Source: Camelus ferus (Eukaryota). Taken from it: a stretch of 64,000 bases of DNA. The stretch's first letter is position 1, and every line of letters starts with the position of its first letter. The notes under the pieces were generated by a model. That model had not been told where the DNA came from. It ran no database searches and saw only the letters and a list, made by a program, of their open reading frames with translations. A program made the translations under genes and the position numbers. This document shows positions 12,666 through 26,664 of this stretch, piece by piece. Where the stretch lies: positions 21,764,001 to 21,828,000 of the forward strand of contig NC_045697.1 in the NCBI RefSeq assembly GCF_009834535.1, in the 5' to 3' direction.

Positions 12666-14299
12666 ACACTTTTGATACTCACCATTAGGTCTTTATATCT
12701 TATTTAGCAGAATATAAGGTACTTTAGCATTTATAATGCTAAAATTCTAGGGGGAGTTTCAGTAGGTGCTTGGTACTTTTTTGAAAAAAATATTATTCCC
12801 AGCTCCTAGTGTATACATTGAATAAATGAAAGAGACTGAAAAACTTATTTAAAATATCCTTGATATTTCAATCTGATGTTTAACATCTTTCATTGCAAGA
12901 GAAAAAAAAAACAAACATGTATCACAATCTTGAAAATTGTTGTTTAAACCAAAGTTTTCCTCTTCATCACTAAAGAAACAAAAAATATTGATTTTATTTT
13001 TATTTCCTATTTTCTCTTTTTAAGATCATTGAAGAGAGTCCATAACCTAACATTTGGATATCTTCTATTCTACTGTTTTTTTTTTTTTTGGAGGGGAGAG
13101 ACTAATAAAGATAAATGACTATCTCTCTTATGACTATTTACATTCTTAAATATGCTTTTCTTATGATAAATAACACTCCGCATGCCTTTCCAAAGGATTT
13201 TTCAACAAATATGCAGATGTTAGGGAAAACTTCAGTCTGTAATTGTAATCTGTCATGCTATATCTATAAGAATTACTAAGAATATATTATACATACCTTC
13301 TAAAGCAAAATTTTCCTAAGTGCAGGGCATCTTAAAGTTTGCAACACTAAACTTTATAATGATTTCTTAGATTCCAAGATTTTCACTAACAAATCATGCA
13401 AATCAAAGCAAACCATAACCCACCTTGATTGAATTCACTGTTCTGTCTTAATTGTGAGAAAAAATATTTTAATTTCAAAGCTTTTGTCAGTTACCCTTGC
13501 AAACTACACATTTCCATAAATGTGGCACTTTTAATTTAATTATGTTCAAGACAAAAGAAAAGTCTAATTTAGTAACTTCTGTTACACAGACATCATGTTT
13601 ATATTTTTTTCCCGGACAGCAATAGCCACATAGCTACTTATTACTAAGTATGACAGGTTATTTCTTATACTTGTATACTGAGGTAAGGTTTCTTTTCTAG
13701 TATTTTTTAAGGTAAGCAGCTGCATAACAGATATTATGAGAATGCAGATATATTTTAAATTAATCTGGAGGTATTAGTTCTTTATGTGTATAATTTTATG
13801 TAATTAAAACTATATACATATATACACGTACATATTCATCAATAATATATACAAATTTATATGAATACATTATAGACATTAATAAAAACTGCTGTATATA
13901 CATAGACATTCTTCAATCTAATTGATTTTTAAATTCTCTGAAAACATAATTATCTGTTTTGGTGAATGGTTTTGCTTCTTGAAGTGGCCAACTGATGTGT
14001 AAAAATCTATAATGAGTTTATAGAACCTGCCCTGAAAGGTGAGAGGTTGGGTACAAACGAAAAAGAGATGGTTTCAAACTGATACATTTAGTGTTGACTG
14101 AATATTTAATACTCTAGAGTAAAATTAAAACAAGTATAATATATTTTAAAATCTTAAAATCAAAGTGCCAAAATATTCAAACTGTTAAACCCTAAAATAC
14201 CAAACCGAAGAACTTCATGCACCACATCCTATGGGGAGAAAACTGACTCCATCAGACTGTGGGAGCCACTTCAGATCACCAAATTAGATACGGACAGGT

Positions 14300-14430
14300 G
14301 TGAGTACGTCATTCTCACAGATGGAGAAATTCAGACACAGAAGGATTAAGGAATTGTTTAGGAATCCACAGCTGTTCAAGTCAGTGCAGACATGATGAGA
14401 ACCCAATGCGAATGGGATCGAATTCTGGGG
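14300..14430 (-). mobile_element. MIR SINE fragment
   Basis: cattctcacagatggagaaattcagacacagaaggattaagg MIR core. Confidence 0.55.
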
Positions 14431-15854
14431 TTTGTTTGCTTAATTGACCTGCCTTTTATTTGGTTGCTTTAGATTCATATTTTTGACTTCTTGTTAGTAA
14501 AATGCTATAAACAAGTTTGGCATATAAACAAATAGGATTTCAAATTAATAGGTATCTATAAAATCAAGAACTTTACCTAGATTCATTTTTGTCTTCATGG
14601 GAAACTAATTACTAAGCTACCAGATCAATTTACCTATTTAGTTATAAATAGAGAGAATGCTTTTCTCCTTCATACGTAAATTTTCATCCCATTTCTCTTA
14701 TCATATAACCAGTCTTGGAATTGCAGTCTCCCTCCTCCTGCCAACCAACTTCCAGGTGAGCACAGCACAGGACCAGGAGAGGTACATTTGCCTAATCCTG
14801 GCCCAGATCTCAGTCAATTATGGTTCAAAAAATGTACCACTACCCTCTGTCTCTCCTCCTTCTCCACCTCAGCAGATTGTAATTATAATTAATATAGTGT
14901 AATTTGTTTAACATCTGCACCCTCTGCTAATAGACTGATAGGAGCTGAGTCTGCAGCTAGCACAATACTTGGCATTAAATAAACTAAACTTTATTAGCTA
15001 AGATGACCAGAATTTTATTAAATCATCACATTCTGTTCTTATGCTCCTTCCATTTTACCTCCTTCCAAACTCAACTAGCATGGCTTACATTTTATGTTAT
15101 TGGAGCAAGGGGATAGTGTAATTAAACTATGCTTTTAGGAATTTATTCTGAGAAACATTAGGTTATTGTCCAGTAAATTACGTTAGCCTAGCCAGGTGCT
15201 TCCTGAGAAAAATACATATCTAGACCAAAGCTCAACAGAATATTTTCTGTATAAAAACTTGAACATTCTGTGTTGGCCTCTGACTACATTCTAAAACGGA
15301 ACATAGATGATTTTATTGTTTCTTTACTATGTAATATACATTCTACTCACTCCCTGGAGATAGTCCATTGTTGACTATTCCTTCCTTTGGACTTGAGAAA
15401 AGGCATTCAGGGGATTCAGTCCAAACTAATTTTTGCACTGATTAACTTCACTGGCATTTCTCTCCACCTGATTCAAAATATATATGATACTTAACTGAAC
15501 TGAATAACGGGTTTATAATCCTCTATGAGTATAACACAATGGCTTTTGTAACTTTTATTTCATTGTGAAAATAAATTTACTGTTTTCATCATTTTTATTC
15601 TACAATTCTACTGAATCTCTTCCCTTGGAACTTGGTATTGCTCTGAAAATACTGACTGACATCAGTTAATCCTATAGCGAAAACAGAAAAACACACAAAA
15701 GTATACCTCAGAAACAGCTAAAAGAATACATAAGACATAAATTTGGTTATTGCCTCTGGGTAAGGAAGCAGAGTAGGGGCTGTGAGGAAGAGAGATTTTC
15801 TTTTTGATGCTATTCCATGACATACAACATTCTGAGTATCTGAAACTTCCATGC

Positions 15855-15950
15855 GTGTATGTGTGTGTGTGTGTGTGTATATATGTGTGTGTGTGTGTAT
15901 ACATATATATATATTTATATATATGTATACACACACACACACACACACAC

Positions 15951-15984
<34 letters not shown>
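15855..15984. repeat. Compound microsatellite (GT)n(TA)n(CA)n(GA)n
   Basis: Directly visible in the sequence. Confidence 0.97.
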
Positions 15985-15989
15985 TGTAC

Positions 15990-16403
15990 TGTAGTAGTCC
16001 ACTCAGGCTGCCATAATAAAATATCACAGACTGACAGATTGGGTGTCTTATACAACAGAAATTTATTTTTCAGAGTTCGGGAGGCAGGGAAGTCCAAGAT
16101 CAAGGCTCCAGCTAGGTAGGACATTGAACTTAATTGAATAATGAAGCCTATTCTTTTGGCTTCTAGATGGCCTCCTTCTTGCTGTGTGCTTACATGATCT
16201 TTACTTTGTCCACACGTGGGAAGAGAGAGAGAAAACAAGCTCTCTGGTGTCTCTTATAAGGACACTAATCCTAACAGATAAAACCTGCAGTCTTATGATT
16301 TCATTTTACCTTAATTACTTCTTTAGAGATCCGATTTTCAAATATAGCCACACTTGGGTTTAGAGCTTCAGCACCAGAATTTTGGGGAGAACACAAGCAT
16401 TCA
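15990..16403 (-). mobile_element. MaLR LTR (MLT1A-like)
   Basis: ggctgccataataaaatatcacagact...aacagaaatttattt...ggaagtccaagatcaaggc...tcttataaggacactaatcc. Confidence 0.85.
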
Positions 16404-16550
16404 GAGAGAGACATATATATACATACATGCACCCACACACATACATATACACACACATAACACATATACACATATATATGAATCTATATATGTATATATA
16501 TTCACACACATATATTCAGTCATATATACAATACAATTATATATTTATGT
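16404..16550. repeat. Degenerate (CA)/(TA) low-complexity tract
   Basis: Directly visible in the sequence. Confidence 0.85.
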
Positions 16551-17409
16551 AGTTTTTATGTGGCCATACATAGTAACAAAGTTACAGAGTTAAACAACAT
16601 TTTTTTAAGCGATCATATAGTTAGCCACCCATATAAATACACAGAACTGTACCATACAACCTAACTGAACAGTGAGTAACACCACTTAGGAACACTTCTA
16701 AGTAACTTCTCCCTGGAGCTGCTTACAGCAATTGAGCTCTCAGCATAAATGTGAATCCTCTCCTCTAAAGTTTCCAGTGGGCAGTAGAGGCATTTTTCCC
16801 TGACAGGGTAAGATAATGGAGAGGGAAAAGAATAGATATAGTATTGCTATGACAAGCACAGAAATAATAATACTCTCTTCCTCAACTAAACTTACTGAAG
16901 AAATTTTAGGGGAGCATGTTCTTGGGCCAAGAGTAGGCTAGATGGGTGATTGCACAGACAGGAAATCCCATCAATTTCCAAAAGGCAGAAATTAAAGAGA
17001 ATAAACATTCAAATAAATAGAAAGTAGCAAAAACAGTTACAATGACAAGTGATAGTTTCAGGGAGAATGGGATGAAAAGATTCTTCCCTCTTTTTTCAAG
17101 AATATTCAATCCCAACATTCTAGTGCCAGGAAGCAGAAGATCCAGAATTGTGAAAAGATGGTAATTGCCATATTAATTACTTCCAAATTAACTCTGAAGA
17201 AAATGTACAGGAATTGATGTTCTATAAAAGTTCAACTGACCCTTAGAAAGACATGAAAGAAAAACAAACAAATGCAAAAAATGGTAGAAGTTAGAATCTC
17301 TGTGGGATGAGGCCAGTTTGAATGAGTGTTACTGCTATACACAATCTATATGATCATAAAGTGTTTTTACCCCAAAAAGCAAAAGTTAACAACAAACAAA
17401 CAAACCAAA

Positions 17410-17570
17410 GAGACTCAGAGAAACTTGGGGAGTGTTGACTATGGCTATTTTGATCCTGGGGATGGTACCACAGTTTTTGATGTATGTCCAAACTCATCAA
17501 ATTGTATACATTAAATATGTACAGTTCTTTGTATATCAATTATACCTGAATTGAGCTGCTAAATAAAACT
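17410..17570 (+). mobile_element. L1 (L1MB/MC-like) 3' terminus
   Basis: aaactcatcaaattgtatacattaaatatgtacagtt...tatatcaattatacct. Confidence 0.75.
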
Positions 17571-17679
17571 ATTAAAAGACCCTAGGCATGCAGAGACTGA
17601 TATACCCACCAACTCCCTTCCCACCATGATTTTCACATTTGCCCATGACTACATAACAAAAAGATTTCACATCTCATTC

Positions 17680-17820
17680 CCCACAGGTTTGTGATTTTCA
17701 TAATTGTCATGTTATATGTTAAGAGCCTTCAGTAAGGTAACTTTTCCAAAGCCATATAACTAGTAACTGAAGAATTCCATTCCATAATTAATGACTTCCA
17801 GGTTCAGGTCTCTTTTACTT
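17680..17820 (-). mobile_element. MIR fragment
   Basis: aaggtaacttttccaaagccatataactagtaactga. Confidence 0.45.
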
Positions 17821-18281
17821 CATCAAAGATACCGTTAGTATCTTTGTAAAATCCAGAGTAGGAACAAATCAAAAACTTTTTTAAATAAATAAAGTTTTAA
17901 AAGAGTCAAAATAATAATAACAGTAAACATGAAATAAGACTGGTATTTGTGAAATCAGAGAGCCAAAACCTCTTGTAGGCTTGGAGCAGGGATGCCTGTT
18001 TCTATCAGTGGGAAGGGGTAACACTACGCATGAGCCCTAATGGCCAGTGAGAAGTGCCCAGGGTACTAAGGAGACTGAACTGTACCTTTATTCCTGGCCT
18101 GACAAATGCCATTCTTGAGCAACCAATATTTTAAGAGTTCAAACCATAACTTCATATATTCTATTACTTATCAAAATTCCCACCACAGAGTCAATTTTAA
18201 AAAATAAAGAGGGGAAGGGCTTTAATTTTGAAAACAAGAAACACAGGTAGGCTTACCTCAACATTAATTGAAGCACATAAG

Positions 18282-18656
18282 TTGTAGAGTGTTGCAGGTT
18301 CTGAGAGAGAATAATTAGCATGCACGACTACTGTCAGAATTACTACTTGGGGGAGAGGTGAAGGGAGCAGGGTTGGGTGGTCAGGCTGTAATGCAGTCCA
18401 GCAAGGTCTCGACTTACCCTGCAGGAGACGCTGGAATGGCCCAAGCTGGGATAAAGGCTTTGAGTAGCTATACCCTCCCGTGACTCAGACATTAGATGCA
18501 ATATGCCCCTTGGAAGAAATGTGACCTTAGTTAGATGTGTCGATTCTCTTCAGCCAAGTGCCGTTGTGGGGAGGGCTGGCATAGGAGACTGCCAAAGTAG
18601 TGAACTCCTTCAGTCATTGAGGGGGGTCTGTGACGTGCAGCACAGTATCTACTACA
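18282..18656 (-). mobile_element. ERVL LTR (LTR16-like)
   Basis: Reverse strand begins tgtagtagatactgtgctgcacgtcacagacccc and contains ggctgaagagaa, aaggtcacatttcttcc and gactgcattacagc, as in LTR16. Confidence 0.7.
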
Positions 18657-18659
18657 CAG

Positions 18660-18815
18660 TGGCTCCACTTATTGAACACCTATTAAATGCCAGGTGATTT
18701 ACTTCCATTATATCTGAATTTTACAAGTTCTCAAGAGAGACATTTTCTCAGTATGCAAATTTCCCAAAGACATACAGCTAATAAAAGTCCAGTTAATCCT
18801 GGACTTCCAAGCCCT
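18660..18815 (-). mobile_element. MIR fragment
   Basis: cacttattgaacacctattaaatgccagg...cccaaagacatacagctaata. Confidence 0.5.
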
Positions 18816-19881
18816 TAGTTTAGACCAGCCACAGTCAGGGCAGAATGCCCAAGGAGAGGCAGACCATGTCTCTGAAAAGGAAGACAATCAGCAGTCAGCA
18901 GCTTTAGGTAGCCCTTCTAAAGCCCGTGGTTCTTCTCTCATGTTCCACACAAGGTAACAGCCAAAGAACCAGATCTCTCCCACTGCCCAACATTTCATAA
19001 GGAGGAAGAAGTTAGAATGATAGCCTTCTTCCTCAAAAGAGTTCATTTTTTTCTTTTTCTGTTTTTTTTTTTTTTTTTAATCTTTATTAGTTACCTCCAA
19101 ACCAGGTCAGTTGAAGGGGAATGATAAACTATATTACATGGAGGAAAGTCTCATCCAGATAAACTTATAAGTGCCAAAAGCAAACAAACAGAAAATGCTG
19201 AAATTGCAAGACAGATAGAAATCATTTTTCCTGATAAGAAATTGCTCAAAGTGAAGGTAAACGTTATTTAGAGAACTCCTATATACATTTTAACAAGATA
19301 TCTGTTTCCCACTGTGACATCAGCAAATACTTTGGAAGACAATGGCTGTTTCCTCCTTGATATAGAACTCATATGGTCAGAGATGTACATCTAAAACTTT
19401 TTTTTAAGGTTCTATTATCTTTTAACCTGCCCAGACATTTCTTGTCTTAGCATATTTTTTAGCAAAACCAAAAGGGGTTGAAAACACATTTCAATTCAAT
19501 TTCAATTTCAAATACATGAAGTGTCATGAGAATCTACATAACAGAAGGCAGTGGCTGTTTTGTAGGTAATTGGGAACAGCTTAAACCATGTGACTTTTTA
19601 TTACGGTTCAGGTTGTTATTAACTGAATGAGCTAGATAGGCAATATGCATTTTCTTTTCTTTCTTTCTTTTACATAGTCATAATTTGGTCAGTCCATCTC
19701 GTAAGTCTGCTTCATCCAACAAGCTAACATGTATGAAAATATGGTGATGATCATAAAGTTCTTATAATAGCATTTAAAAAATGGCAACCTTGGTGAATCT
19801 ACCTATTGCTTATTGTCTATTCACTGCATATCAATTTATGAAAATGTTAGTATGCTGTCTTCTCCAAGTCTGAGAGGAAAC

Positions 19882-20110
19882 TTAGTGTGGTGGTAAGATC
19901 ATGGGCTCTGGAACAGACTGACTGCATCCAGATCTTATTATTAATACAAACTTGAGCCAGTTACTTAACCTCCCCATGCCTCAGTTGCCCTTGCTGTAAA
20001 ATGGGGGGACTGCCTCACAGAGCTGTAAGCTTAATGAATTAAATACATGCAAACAACTTGGTGTATAGCTAATAATAAAATATCCATAAATGTGAAGTAT
20101 TATTATCATT
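19882..20110 (+). mobile_element. MIR SINE
   Basis: gtggtaagatcatgggctctggaacagactg...cagttacttaacctccccatgcctcagtt...ctgtaaaatgggg. Confidence 0.85.
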
Positions 20111-21174
20111 CACATATTTCATACTGCATGTTAAATACCTGGAGACTCTATTCAGCATTTTGGACATTAAAAACGTTCATACTTAATAAACTCTTATTTA
20201 TCAAAATTACATTTTCGTATGCTGTTGAGAATTCTTTGGGTGCCAGGTGATAGCTAGATAATACCAGCTCTCTTTTTTTGCTTCCTATTTTTGTTGTTTG
20301 CACAGGATTGTTCCAAACAATTTCCTTCACAATGTTTTTCACATTATGGAAGGTTCCAATTGTTATTTTAAACTTAAAGAGAGTGAAGAAATTAAAATGT
20401 GACTAAAGGTAACATGATAAAACATAATCTATAATAAATATCAGACATCGTGAATGACCAACTTATTATAAAACACATATTCTTCTTCAGTAAAGAAAGA
20501 AAAATACATACTTTACTAAACTTACTTTGTTTAAAAAAGTTTCAACTAAAACTGATAATTTCAAGTTGTAAATTGAAGGTATTAATTGGGAAAGTTATTT
20601 TCTACTTAAAATATCAACATGTGGTCCAACATTAAAAATACGTGTCTATTTGTAAGGCAGGTTTTCATCATTTTTCAGAATTTCTACTTGAGACTGACCT
20701 GACTGATATCAGAGATTCATAGGGCACCTTACTTTTAAACTTTCCTTTGTTTTCCTGCACTATCCGAATCTAATCTACAGCTTTTCTTCTGAATGCTTTA
20801 GAATTATGGTTCTGTTTTACTTGAAAGATGTTAATTTATAGTTGACAAATCATTTGAATTTTAAGGCATAAATTTGAGTCCCCAGTAAACTCTATAAGAA
20901 AATCACTGTTCTAACCACATAAAATGCTTTTAAGAAAGTCATTTTCCAAGTGGAATAGCTTCTATTGTATGACTGGCACCAAATTAGGATTTAAGAATCG
21001 ATAAATTGATAATATATGGTCTGAAATTGCAATGTAAGGGGGATGGCTTTTGCCAGGGTACAAAACACAGTTAGCTTGATGCCTGGTGAGTAGCATTTTA
21101 AATTCAAGCTGGAGAACATCTTTGATTTTTCCCATATGAATATCTTCTCTTTCCCACAGTATGAACAAGACTCT

Positions 21175-21553
21175 GTAGTGTAGCTACACTCGGACCCAGG
21201 TGAAAGGAACTTTTTAGCCTAGCAAAGGTAATTTTTCCCAAGATGTAGTAGTATTCAAGAACTGTCATCTAGGAAATGGTAGGGCAGCTAGTGAGAACTG
21301 CAGTGGCATCCAGTGGTGGGGGTCTCCAGCAATAGTGACTTGGTCCACCTGGACATGCTCCCTGTGATAAAAGTTAAGAAAAAAAGATGTTTTTTCTTAA
21401 CTCTGTGGAGCTGCTTTGATTCTTGCAAGATTTCCAAATCCAACTCTCTAGTCAGTTATTAATTTTGTAAGTCACTGTTTCTCTTCCATTCCATTCTACT
21501 TAAGATAACAATAGTCAGTTTCTGTTGCTTACATCAAGATTTCTAAACGATAT
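21175..21553 (+). mobile_element. Old ERVL/MaLR-type LTR remnant
   Basis: 3' end agtcagtttctgttgcttacatcaagatttctaaacgatat resembles old MLT/LTR termini. Confidence 0.35.
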
Positions 21554-21574
21554 ATTATTAATGAAACATCAAAG

Positions 21575-21780
21575 TGCAGTGAAAGAAGATCAAGACTTGG
21601 AGTTATCCAGATCATGCGTCTTGGTTGCACTATTTACTACCAATAAATATTAGATTACTTGACCTCTCTGTGTCTCATTCTCCTCACTTACAAAATTGGA
21701 TTTAGATCTTTTAGACTGCAGGGTTGTTCTAGGCATTGAAATAATGCTAGCACCTAACACAGTTTTTAGAAGTTTGCTAA
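21575..21780 (+). mobile_element. MIR SINE
   Basis: gcagtgaaagaagatcaagacttggagt...attacttgacctctctgtgtctcattctcctcacttacaaaattgg. Confidence 0.7.
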
Positions 21781-22896
21781 AGGTAACCAAAAAGTGATAT
21801 TCAAACTCCTTTTGATCATTTCTCTTTGCATGCAACCCTTCAATCACTGGAGGAATTCACCCTGAACTTTATTCTGAACATTTATTTGACAACATACATT
21901 GTGGTGTAGAATCTAAAGTCTTTCTAAAGAAAAGTTAAATTATTTGTATTGCTTGTCTTTTTCACACTTGAAGACACCTTGAACTCTCCGAGTGTGAATC
22001 AGAGCTTACGCTGGGTAAAAATATAATTAGCTTACCGTTGGAAGGCAATGTCTCTTATTCCATCCCTGGTTTTCACGAGGAGGAATTTCTTTTCCCTTAG
22101 CCTTTCTCTCCCTACTTAATACCTGCTTTTTTGCCTTTTGCTTCCTATATGGAACAAATGTCTCCTCACCCCCACCCCCACTCCCACAGTAAGAAGCTGC
22201 TGCAGCTCAGTCTTGCCTAGAATTGAGTGAGCAAGTCTCCCTAAATCTGACACTCATATAGGAAGCCAATCTATCGCTTACCCTAGTGATTTATCCACTT
22301 ACCTAGCCTTGCCAGTAGCAAATGTAATGTTTAAGGCTCCTTACCACTCTCCTTTGTTTTATGTTATGCTATTTTTTTATTTTAAAAATACACTTTTCAG
22401 GAAAGTTTAATAATACAACAAATTCTTAAGTTAACATCAATTCTTAAAAGTTGCACCAAAATATAAATACAATATAAACTTATTTTTTAAAATATAAATG
22501 GTACTCATTCAAATAAACATAGTAAATAACTGGAAAGAAGTATACCAAAATATTAAAACAGATTATACTCCACAAAAAAAATTGCAGTGGCTTTCTCGGG
22601 TATTCTCTACATTTTTCTGTATTTTCTAAAGTTTTGAGAATAAGTATGTATTTGAAGAATCTTTACCATAAAACTTGCTTATACTGTGTTAAGTGAAAAA
22701 AGTCAGATGTAAAACTAGCATACTGTATGAACCTAGTTATACAGCAAAAGATTGGAAATATTAGTAAAGAATTATTATTAATGATTTTAATTATTTTTTA
22801 ACTTTTCTATATTTACAGAAATAAATAGGTAAACTTTATTTTCTTTAATTGATTGATCTATTATCTCTTCTAACATAGAAAGGTGTTTACAATATA

Positions 22897-23334
22897 TTAT
22901 TTTTATTGAGGTATGGTTGATTTACATTATTGTAATAGTTTCAAGTGTAAAACATAGTGATTCAAAATTTTTATAGCTTATACTCCATTTAAAGTTATTG
23001 TGAAATATTAGCTATATTACATTTGCTGTATAATATATCCTTGTAGCTTATTTTATATATAGTACTTTCATACCTTTTAATCCCCTACCCCTATGTTGCC
23101 CCTCTCCATTCCCTCTCCCCACTGGTACCATTAGTTTATTCTCTGTATCTATGAGTCTGTTTCTGTTTTGCTATATTCATTCATTTGCTTTATGTTTTAG
23201 ATTCCACATATAAGTTACAACATACAGTATTTGTCTTTCTCTGATTTATTTCCCTAAGCATAATAGCCTCTAGGTCTATCCATGTTGTTGCAAATGGCAA
23301 AATCTCATTCTTTTTTGTGGCTGAGTAATATTCC

Positions 23335-23374
<40 letters not shown>

Positions 23375-23530
23375 TGTCTGTCTGTCTGTCTGACATTTTC
23401 TTTATATATCCATCTGTTGATGGACACTTAGGTTGCTTCCTCAATTGCCTATTATAAATAATTCTGCTATCAGCACTGGGGTATACGTATCTTTTTAAAT
23501 TACTGGTTTTGTGTTTTTTCAGATAGACAC
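22897..23530 (-). mobile_element. L1 3' end with internal (TG)n(TCTG)n
   Basis: ttttagattccacatataagt...catgttgttgcaaatggcaaaatctcattcttttttgtggctgagtaatattccattg; antisense peptide MEYYSATKKNEILPFATTWIDLE is the L1 ORF2 C-terminus. Confidence 0.95.
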
Positions 23531-23964
23531 TCTTTTTTTTTTTTTCCCTCAAACTGCTCAGAACCATGGTGGGGAAGAGAGAGACTATTTCTTAGGGAGT
23601 CCCTCAGGAGTCTAAAACCTCAAAAGGAGGCAAAAGAGTGTCTGATTTGCTTAAAGATTCAATTGTCCTAAACCAATCTACTCAGACCTGATGGACTATA
23701 TTTAGAAGACTCCATAGACTCAGAGCTGCTTCTAAAGCAAAGAGTAAAGATGACTTTGACTGTGTACTTCTGAGGGGAGTGTGGCTGGCAGGTGATTCTT
23801 TGTGGATAACTCCACAGTGAATTTATAGAAAATAAATTCTGCATTATTTATCAGGAATTGCACTTTTAATACTCCCAAACAATATGTCATGAGAAAATAA
23901 CAAAATTAAAGGAACTGAACTTTTCAAGTACCTAGCATGTGATAAGTCCTTAGCAAGAAAAGTG

Positions 23965-24090
23965 TCATTTGAGAGATGAGGAAACTGGGCCTCAGAAGAG
24001 TTAAATAAACTGTGCAAAGACAAATATCAAGGAATCAGTGGAATGAGGATTAAAGCATAAGGTTTTTGCTCCAAAATGTGTTCTCTTTAT
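23965..24090 (-). mobile_element. MIR fragment
   Basis: agatgaggaaactgggcctcagaagagttaaataaactgtgcaaag. Confidence 0.7.
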
Positions 24091-26195
24091 GGCATATACA
24101 TAACTTTTGTAACCCTGATAATGTTCATCCTAATTGGAAAGATAAGATTTACAGTCTCAGATGCATATGCATAATTGTCCATCTTTCCCACCTCCTAAGA
24201 AGAATGATTTTTTTAATGTGTATCAAAATAGTGACAGTGTAAAGTTCAGACTCAAGGAGCTTAAGTTATAGGAAAAAAATGAATAAGGCTAGTTAGGGAT
24301 TAGATGAAAAAAATAAGAAAAATTATATACAAATGCATAAATATAGACACATATATGTGTGTACATATATATATATATATATATTTTTTTTTTTTACATT
24401 CCCTTCTCAATAGACAGAACTTCCATTAACTTGAGTAGGCAGCTGCTTGAATTATACCCATTATCTGTATAAATATATAATGTCCCAAGTGTGCAATTAT
24501 GTTATTTCGCAGTGAAAAATGACTTGGTTTTAAAATCTGTGTGCTGGGAACCTGCCTGAGTCTGAAATATTTGCATTTGAAAGGATAGAGACTCTTCACA
24601 GAAACTGTCAGTAGCTCCATGCATCCTATTAGTACACATTTTATACCAAAGAGAGAGCATTATGGCCGGGGATTCTCTCTTTTCCCAGCCAGAGTGATAC
24701 ACTTTTCCTATCACAGTTTGTTGAGTCTGGGGTTAGTTGGTTCACTGCCCATTCCTTCAATGCAGAACACTCTTTCCATGCACATTTGGGCTTGTAATAT
24801 GTAAGTCTATATTTGAAACATAATATGGGCAGTCCATTTGCTATTCAATCAATACTATCAGTCACAGAGCTAAATATACATGTTTATTATTTCATCACAA
24901 CTGCATTACTGTCATTAAAAACCTTCCACAATCTTTTTTGTGAGTGCTTGACTAGACACAAAATGATCAAATATTTCCTTAGGAAGTTAAAAATCTAAAT
25001 AAAATTGCAAACCTTGTAAATGCAATGTATTACTCTGTATATAAGAGAAATGATCTATTCAATTTTAAATTTAACATGTTTTATATAATCTTATCATTAA
25101 TATTTTCCATTGGAAAATGCATCTTGAATGAAGAGGATAACCCATTAATGAAAGAATTACTATTCCCTCAACACCTACTGAATTCTGCTAAGCAAAACTA
25201 AGTCATTTATTCACATTATTATGCTAACTATTATACCCTAAGGCAAATTCTAAAAATGTTGGAAAGATAGGACACCTTTACATGTGAAAATTAACTAATA
25301 GTATAAGGCACTGTATGGTAAACATGTTTTTAAATGGTAGTTGAAGTGAACTAAGGGAATTCTGAGAAATAATTGATCACAGCAGATTAAACTGAACATG
25401 GAATATTGCATACAGGAGTTAAATTAGTCCTTGAAGATGTGAAGAGGAAAGTAATGCGAAATCCCCAGACCCTAGAGAGAAGGCTCATGTTTATGCCGCA
25501 AAATAGACCTGAGGACATTAACAAATGAAACATGCCTCGCAGAACAAAGGAAGCTGGTTTCAAGAAGTAAAGAATTTGAAGCTGGGTTGCACCTTGGTTT
25601 CTAGCATTCCCTGTGCTATGTCATACATCTGAATGGGATAAAAAAAAGAAAAAGCACTGTGAGTGTGGACTCATTCTCAGACGTCAGGAGGGAATTGTAC
25701 GCACACAGCCAAACAGCTACAAGAGAAGGGAGCTTAAGAAAGTGGAAAGCAAAGGTACCACTGCCAGTATGGAAGTTCCATCCAGCAAGGGGTTCAAGTA
25801 GTATTTTTTAGGGTGAAAGAAGTTGGGGTTCCATAAAATTGTTATTCTTTTGAGTTTGTGGGATCGTCAGGCATTCACCAAATATTTATAAACAATATAC
25901 TACATATTTGGTATTCTGCAAGATACTGAGAAAATAAAGATAACTGGAATATAGTACTGCTTTCTAGGGAGTGTAAATTCCAACAGGAGATGATAGATTG
26001 GATAGATAAACAGACAGATAGACAAGAGAAGTAGCAGCCTAATGGATGGAATAATAGAATAGGGGAAGGTGATTTTAAAGGAGTGAGTGCCTTACTCTGC
26101 TAGAGAAATACGGATGGCACTTGAATAGATTCAAAGTAGCTGAAGTATGAGTCCCTAAAGCCAATTCATAGTCCAACTAGGTTGTCTCTTATTAC

Positions 26196-26376
26196 CTGCG
26201 CTTTGGATGACTGCTGCACAAAACACCTGTGCTGACCACCTTGGCCATCTTATACTTTGCTGTGATGGTCAGGCTCTCAGTTTTTGACACTCCAAAATGT
26301 AAATACAACTTCTTCCCCTTAATTCTCTTAGGCAGAGATAATACAGGACCACATTCATTTTTTTCTTTCTCAAAGC
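26196..26376 (-). other. Candidate internal exon (181 nt, one open frame), gene unidentified
   Basis: Polypyrimidine tract ttttctttactatcttatatgtccccctactgctttcaag|, donor CAG|gtaata; frame FEKEKNECGPVLSLPKRIKGKK...SSHPKR; no recognised homology. Confidence 0.2.
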
Positions 26377-26664
26377 CTTGAAAGCAGTAGGGGGACATAT
26401 AAGATAGTAAAGAAAAACATAGAGCTGGCACGATCAGACTTTGCTTTTAGAGCCCAGTGAATATACTTCCTACTGGATATATTTCTCCTTAGCTCCAACA
26501 GACATCTATATGGCAAAAATGCCTTATTTTTTTCCAGGCAGAAATTAACTTTTCTTTCTCTCGCTTTACTGCTACCAACCTATTTGTCTTTATTGCTAGC
26601 CAGCGAGAGTTAACGTGAGTTGACAATAATATATTACTCCCTTCAGACTATAATCTGGGCTAAC

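Noticed and set aside
15662..16593. Several overlapping ORFs of 70-121 aa
   Set aside because: They are translations of dinucleotide repeats (HTHT, CVCV, ERER) and MLT1A sequence.
23190..23567. 125-aa ORF with a recognisable L1 ORF2 C-terminal motif
   Set aside because: Remnant of a truncated L1 interrupted by a microsatellite; not a host gene.
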